Part shown: piece by piece, positions 63,161 through 64,000 of the stretch | Numbering within the stretch: the first letter of the stretch is position 1 | How the letters are laid out: each line of letters starts with the position of its first letter | Source: an uncultured Actinomycetes bacterium | GTDB taxonomy: Bacteria; Actinomycetota; UBA4738; HRBIN12 | NCBI GenBank assembly: GCA_963704725.1 | Contig: OY969934.1 | Location: 3,104,001 to 3,168,000, forward strand | DNA length: 64,000 nt | Direction of reading: 5' to 3' | Notes under the pieces: model-generated | The model's input: the letters and a program-made list of their open reading frames with translations, nothing else | The model's database searches: none | What the model was told of the DNA's origin: nothing | Position numbers and translations under genes: made by a program

Positions 63161-63324
63161 GATGCTCCTACGGTAGGCCCTTGCGGCGTCGGTGGATATC
63201 GGCCGACCGGGGGCCCGACCAGCGCACGACTCCCCACCCCCCGCCCGGCGCCCGGCGGCGTCGCCGGGCGAGGCCGATGGTCGGCCCCGGATTGGCCGTT
63301 CGACCGAGTCGTAGGCTCGGGGCC

Positions 63325-64000
63325 GTGACGCACCGGGTGCTGCTCGACGTCTCGAGCCTCATGTACCGAGCCCACTTCGCGATGGGCGATGCCGTGCGCT
63401 CGCCGGCGGGGCGGCCCGTCGGTGCGCTCGGCGGGTACCTGGACATGGTCACGAGGCTGCTGGTGTCGAGGCGGCCCCAGGAGCTGGTCCACGCGTACGA
63501 CCACGAGTGGCGCCCCGTGGCCCGGACCGACCTGTACCCCGCCTACAAGTCCACCCGTCCCCCCGATCCGGAGGGCCTGCCCGAGCAGTTCACGATGCTG
63601 CGACAGGTGCTCGACCTGGCCGGGATGCCGCAGGCCCAGACCCGGGGCTGGGAGGCCGAGGACGCGATCGGGGCGCTCTGCCTGGCGTCCGCCGACGGCG
63701 ACCGGGTCGAGATCGTGAGCGGCGACCGCGACCTGATCCAGCTCGTCCGCGACCCGGTCGTGACGCTCCTGTTCACCCTGCGGGGCGTGACCGATCTGCT
63801 CGTGCTCGACGAGGCCACCGTGCTCGAACGCTACGGCGTGCCCGCGAGCCGGTACGCGGAGTTCGCGATCCTGCGGGGCGACCCCAGCGACGACCTCCCC
63901 GGCGTCCGCGGCGTGGGCGAGAAGACCGCGCGGGCGCTCGTGCAGACGTACGCCTCGCTCGACGAGCTCCTGGCCGACGCCGCCGCCCCGGAACCGAGAC
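63325..64000 (+). CDS. Stand-alone 5'-3' exonuclease / flap endonuclease; runs off the right window edge
   Basis: LLDVSSLMYRAHF, YPAYKSTR, EAEDAIG, SGDRDLIQL, LRGDPSDDLPGVRGVGEKTA. Confidence 0.92.
   Translation, partial: MTHRVLLDVSSLMYRAHFAMGDAVRSPAGRPVGALGGYLDMVTRLLVSRRPQELVHAYDHEWRPVARTDLYPAYKSTRPPDPEGLPEQFTMLRQVLDLAGMPQAQTRGWEAEDAIGALCLASADGDRVEIVSGDRDLIQLVRDPVVTLLFTLRGVTDLLVLDEATVLERYGVPASRYAEFAILRGDPSDDLPGVRGVGEKTARALVQTYASLDELLADAAAPEPR

Overview
64 kb of gene-dense, very GC-rich chromosomal DNA. It is most likely from an Actinomycetota bacterium, inferred from GC content, gene repertoire and many TANNNT-6nt-start leaderless genes. About 65 CDS; no rRNA, tRNA, CRISPR array, transposase or integrase seen. 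Main blocks: (1) FadR/GntR-linked catabolic operon with an M20 deacylase, Opp/Dpp ABC transporter and alpha/beta hydrolase (1-7203). (2) Pentapeptide-repeat membrane protein plus FecR-like lipoprotein, an internally deleted DHFR-family remnant, and two convergent class III cyclases, one catalytically degenerate (7277-14074). (3) Bactofilin, CBS, NYN-LOTUS, S41-like and MarR genes with a perfect 32-bp palindrome. (4) Two paralogous HisKA_3 kinases, one with a zinc ribbon instead of the membrane sensor. (5) A lipid-phosphate-type cluster: two PAP2 enzymes, an LPG-synthase TM protein and a pseudo-PAP2/kinase fusion (28719-33376). (6) STAS, two small unknown ORFs, a DEAD-box helicase and a MazEF-type TA pair. 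(7) Pyrimidine-type ABC transporter, DtxR-family regulator and beta-ureidopropionase. (8) Mixed genes: PLD, MMPL, fumC, GH25, NERD, bcp, pirins, arginase family, nitroreductase, cfa-like methyltransferase, orphan Flp pilin and 5'-3' exonuclease. Best candidates for something new are the PAP2/kinase/flippase cluster, the pseudo-cyclase pair, the Zn-ribbon kinase and a promoter-driven G-U-rich hairpin RNA. All family calls come from motif recognition by eye; no database search was run.
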